From assembly GCF_003334405.1 (NCBI RefSeq), contig NZ_QOWM01000005.1: 64,000 nucleotides of DNA; one strand, written 5' to 3'. This document shows positions 61,556-64,000 of this stretch, piece after piece. The DNA is from Escherichia coli. GTDB taxonomy: Bacteria; Pseudomonadota; Gammaproteobacteria; Enterobacterales; Enterobacteriaceae. The first letter of the stretch is position 1. Each line of letters starts with the position of its first letter. The position numbers and the translations under genes are program-made. The notes beneath the pieces were generated by a model. The model was not told where the DNA came from. It ran no database searches and saw only the letters and a program-made list of their open reading frames with translations.

Positions 61556-63556
61556 GTGCTCATTAAACAGCTGGTATTACATAATTTTCGGGTATTTAAC
61601 GGTACACATACCATTGATCTGGCACCCAGAAAGCGTCCGCACGATTTGAATCCACGACCTATTGTGCTGTTTGGTGGTTTAAACGGCGCAGGGAAAACGT
61701 CTATCCTGTCGGCGATCCGCATAGCGTTGTATGGACGACTGGCGTTTGGGCTAGCGACTCAACAGCAAGAGTATATCGAACAACTCAGTGCATTGATTCA
61801 TAACGGCGCGTACTATATTGAGCAGCCGGAAGAAGCATCTGTAGAACTGACGTTTACCTATAATAAAGGCGGTCATGAGGCCGAATTTACCGTTACGCGA
61901 ACCTGGAAAAAGGGGAAGAGGGACCGCCTTTCTCTGCAACAGGATGGGCAGCCACTCAGTGAGCTGGATTACGATCAGTGCCAGGGATTTCTAAATGAGT
62001 TAATTCCGCATGGCATTGCTGATTTGTTCTTTTTCGATGGCGAGAAAATTGCAGAACTTGCTGAGGACGAATCCGGTAATATTTTACGTACTGCCGTACG
62101 ACGCTTATTGGGGCTGGATCTCATCTCTAAACTGCGTAACGATTTAATGATTTTTGTTAAGCGTCAGCAATCCAGCCAGCTAGCAAGTTCTCAGCAACAA
62201 CAGATTGCAGAGCTTGAAAAACAGAGTAAAGAATTAGCCTGCCAGACAGAAGCACTGCTGGAAAGCGCCGATTTTGCCAAATCGCGGATTGAGTTTCTAT
62301 CTAAAGATATAACCCATTATGAAGGCTTGCTAAATGCTCAGGGGGGCGCTTTTGCCCAGACTAAAGCGCAGGAAAAACAGAAAGTCGAAACGCTGCTAAA
62401 AGATAAAGAACATCTGGAAAAAGCACTGAGACAAGAATGCGATGGCTCGCTACCTTATGCGCTTGCGCCCACTATTTTGTCTCATTTGCTGCAACAAATT
62501 GCTGATGAAACGCAAATTAAACAGGCAAAAAGCTTTGAAAAAGAGCTGAGCCAGTTTTTAACGCAACTCAGAAATGATATTGCATTTCGTTCTGCGGGGA
62601 CTGGCAAAATAGCAGCTGAAGCGATTACCGATAATCTAAAAGATTATATGGCAACGAAACCAAAAGGTGATTTGCTCTTTGATATCTCTGAGCGTGAAGC
62701 AGGTATGCTTCAACAGTCTATTGAGATAGATAGTAAAAGAGCATGGCAGCGTTTCGAGCTTTATCGCACACAGTTATCTGAGATTGAACAACAGTTAGAA
62801 CAAGCGGCTGCTAATATTGCCCGCGCTCCTGAAGATGAGCAGCTGATGGATCTCTTTGAAAAATTACGTGACCTGGATAGGCAGCGCGAAGCCCAATTGC
62901 AGAAATATCGGTCATTGCTAGAAGATGCTAAACGTAAAAAACAGCAGCAACTGGATTGTGTTCGTCAGATTCAAAAAGCGCATGACGCCGCTCGTTATCA
63001 GCACAGTTATAGCAGTGCGTTTAAGAATGCTCAGGAAACGATAAATTTACTCGATCGCTACAGCGATGTATTAACCCAGGCTCGGGTAAAAACGCTGTCG
63101 ACAAACTTCGAGCTTGCTTACCGTAAGTTGGCTCGCAAAGAGGATTTACAACTTAGTGCGCATATCAACCCTCAAACGTTTGATGTTGAATTAATTGATG
63201 AGAATGGCTCAGTAATTAACCGTAAGTTACTTTCTGCTGGTGAAAAACAGATTTATGCAATTGCTATTCTTGAGGCGCTGGCGAAAACCTCTGGCCGTGA
63301 TTTACCAGTGATCATTGATACACCATTGGGTCGTCTGGACTCTCAACATCGAGATAAATTGATTAATCACTACTTCCCTGAAGCCAGTCATCAGGTTGTG
63401 TTGCTTTCTACCGATACTGAAGTAGATGAACGTTATTTTGTTGATCAGTTGCGTGATGATATCTCTCATGCTTATGAGATTGTGTTTAATGCACATACTA
63501 AGTCATCAACGCTGAAGCCTGGTTATTTCTGGGAATTAACTAAGGAGGCTATCTGA
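61556..63556 (+). CDS. dndD: DndD-like SMC/ABC-type ATPase
   Basis: GTG start after SD gggaggag; Walker A GGLNGAGKTS; long coiled-coil middle; C-terminal DTPLGRLD signature-like segment. Confidence 0.8.
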   Translation: MLIKQLVLHNFRVFNGTHTIDLAPRKRPHDLNPRPIVLFGGLNGAGKTSILSAIRIALYGRLAFGLATQQQEYIEQLSALIHNGAYYIEQPEEASVELTFTYNKGGHEAEFTVTRTWKKGKRDRLSLQQDGQPLSELDYDQCQGFLNELIPHGIADLFFFDGEKIAELAEDESGNILRTAVRRLLGLDLISKLRNDLMIFVKRQQSSQLASSQQQQIAELEKQSKELACQTEALLESADFAKSRIEFLSKDITHYEGLLNAQGGAFAQTKAQEKQKVETLLKDKEHLEKALRQECDGSLPYALAPTILSHLLQQIADETQIKQAKSFEKELSQFLTQLRNDIAFRSAGTGKIAAEAITDNLKDYMATKPKGDLLFDISEREAGMLQQSIEIDSKRAWQRFELYRTQLSEIEQQLEQAAANIARAPEDEQLMDLFEKLRDLDRQREAQLQKYRSLLEDAKRKKQQQLDCVRQIQKAHDAARYQHSYSSAFKNAQETINLLDRYSDVLTQARVKTLSTNFELAYRKLARKEDLQLSAHINPQTFDVELIDENGSVINRKLLSAGEKQIYAIAILEALAKTSGRDLPVIIDTPLGRLDSQHRDKLINHYFPEASHQVVLLSTDTEVDERYFVDQLRDDISHAYEIVFNAHTKSSTLKPGYFWELTKEAI

Positions 63557-63909
63557 TGCTCCCGAATCGAATGGCGCTTAGCCGTCAGACTGAAGATCAG
63601 CTTAAAAAGCTTAAAGGGTATACTGGGATTACACCCAATATTGCTGCCCGGCTAGCATTTTTCCGCTCGGTGGAGAGTGAGTTTCGCTATTCACCTGAAC
63701 GAGATAGTAAGAAGCTGGATGGTACGCTGGTGCTGGATAAAATTACGTGGCTGGGGGAGACACTACAAGCTACAGAATTGGTGCTGAAGATGCTTTATCC
63801 ACAATTAGAGCAAAAGGCGTTGATTAAGGCATGGGCTGCTCATGTTGAGGATGGGATTGCGGCATTGAGAAATCATAAAAGTTTAATTAGCTTATTAAAT
63901 GCTATATAA
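63556..63909 (+). CDS. dndE: DndE-like small protein
   Basis: 117 aa, start overlaps dndD stop; position and size match DndE. Confidence 0.7.
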   Translation: MLPNRMALSRQTEDQLKKLKGYTGITPNIAARLAFFRSVESEFRYSPERDSKKLDGTLVLDKITWLGETLQATELVLKMLYPQLEQKALIKAWAAHVEDGIAALRNHKSLISLLNAI

Positions 63910-63953
63910 AACATTTAAATTTATTGGTATGACCTTTTGTTTTCAACCTAAAA

Positions 63954-63977
63954 CCACCTCCTAGGGAGGTGGTGATT
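63954..63977 (+). terminator. hairpin after dndE
   Basis: ccacctcc-tagg-gaggtgg inverted repeat. Confidence 0.4.
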
Positions 63978-64000
63978 GAGTTTTATAATTGTCATATTGC

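Overview
This window reads as an Escherichia coli-type chromosomal segment, in reverse orientation relative to the K-12 map (recognised from translated ORFs and my memory of K-12 gene order; no database search was run). Gene order is: tsr (5' part) / btsT(yjiY)-yjiX-yjiA; a short variable junction with a brnT/brnA-like toxin-antitoxin pair and an IS1 copy where K-12 carries mrr-hsdRMS-mcrBC; mdtM-yjiN-yjiML-yjiK-yjiJ, kptA, yjiHG-iadA, hypT, iraD, yjiC; uxuR-uxuB-uxuA / gntP; the complete type 1 fimbrial locus fimB-fimE-fimS-fimAICDFGH; nanCMS; an HNH nuclease gene; a degenerate tRNA-Leu-like attachment-site remnant; a decayed prophage-like island (CbtA/CbeA-type toxin-antitoxin module, two truncated IS66-family elements, a secreted phytase-like gene, an IS3-family remnant); fecIRABCDE; and at the window end a dndBCDE DNA phosphorothioation cluster. 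The most interesting content is the dndBCDE cluster with no dndA and no restriction partner visible in the window, the nearby HNH nuclease with an uncharacterised N-terminal domain, the restriction-free yjiA-mdtM junction, and the fim switch, which appears to be in the phase-OFF orientation. None of this is demonstrably undescribed: the Dnd system is a known family, and the HNH protein is the only candidate I cannot place. All coordinates come from reading the sequence and the ORF track; family assignments rest on recognisable motifs and recalled homology.
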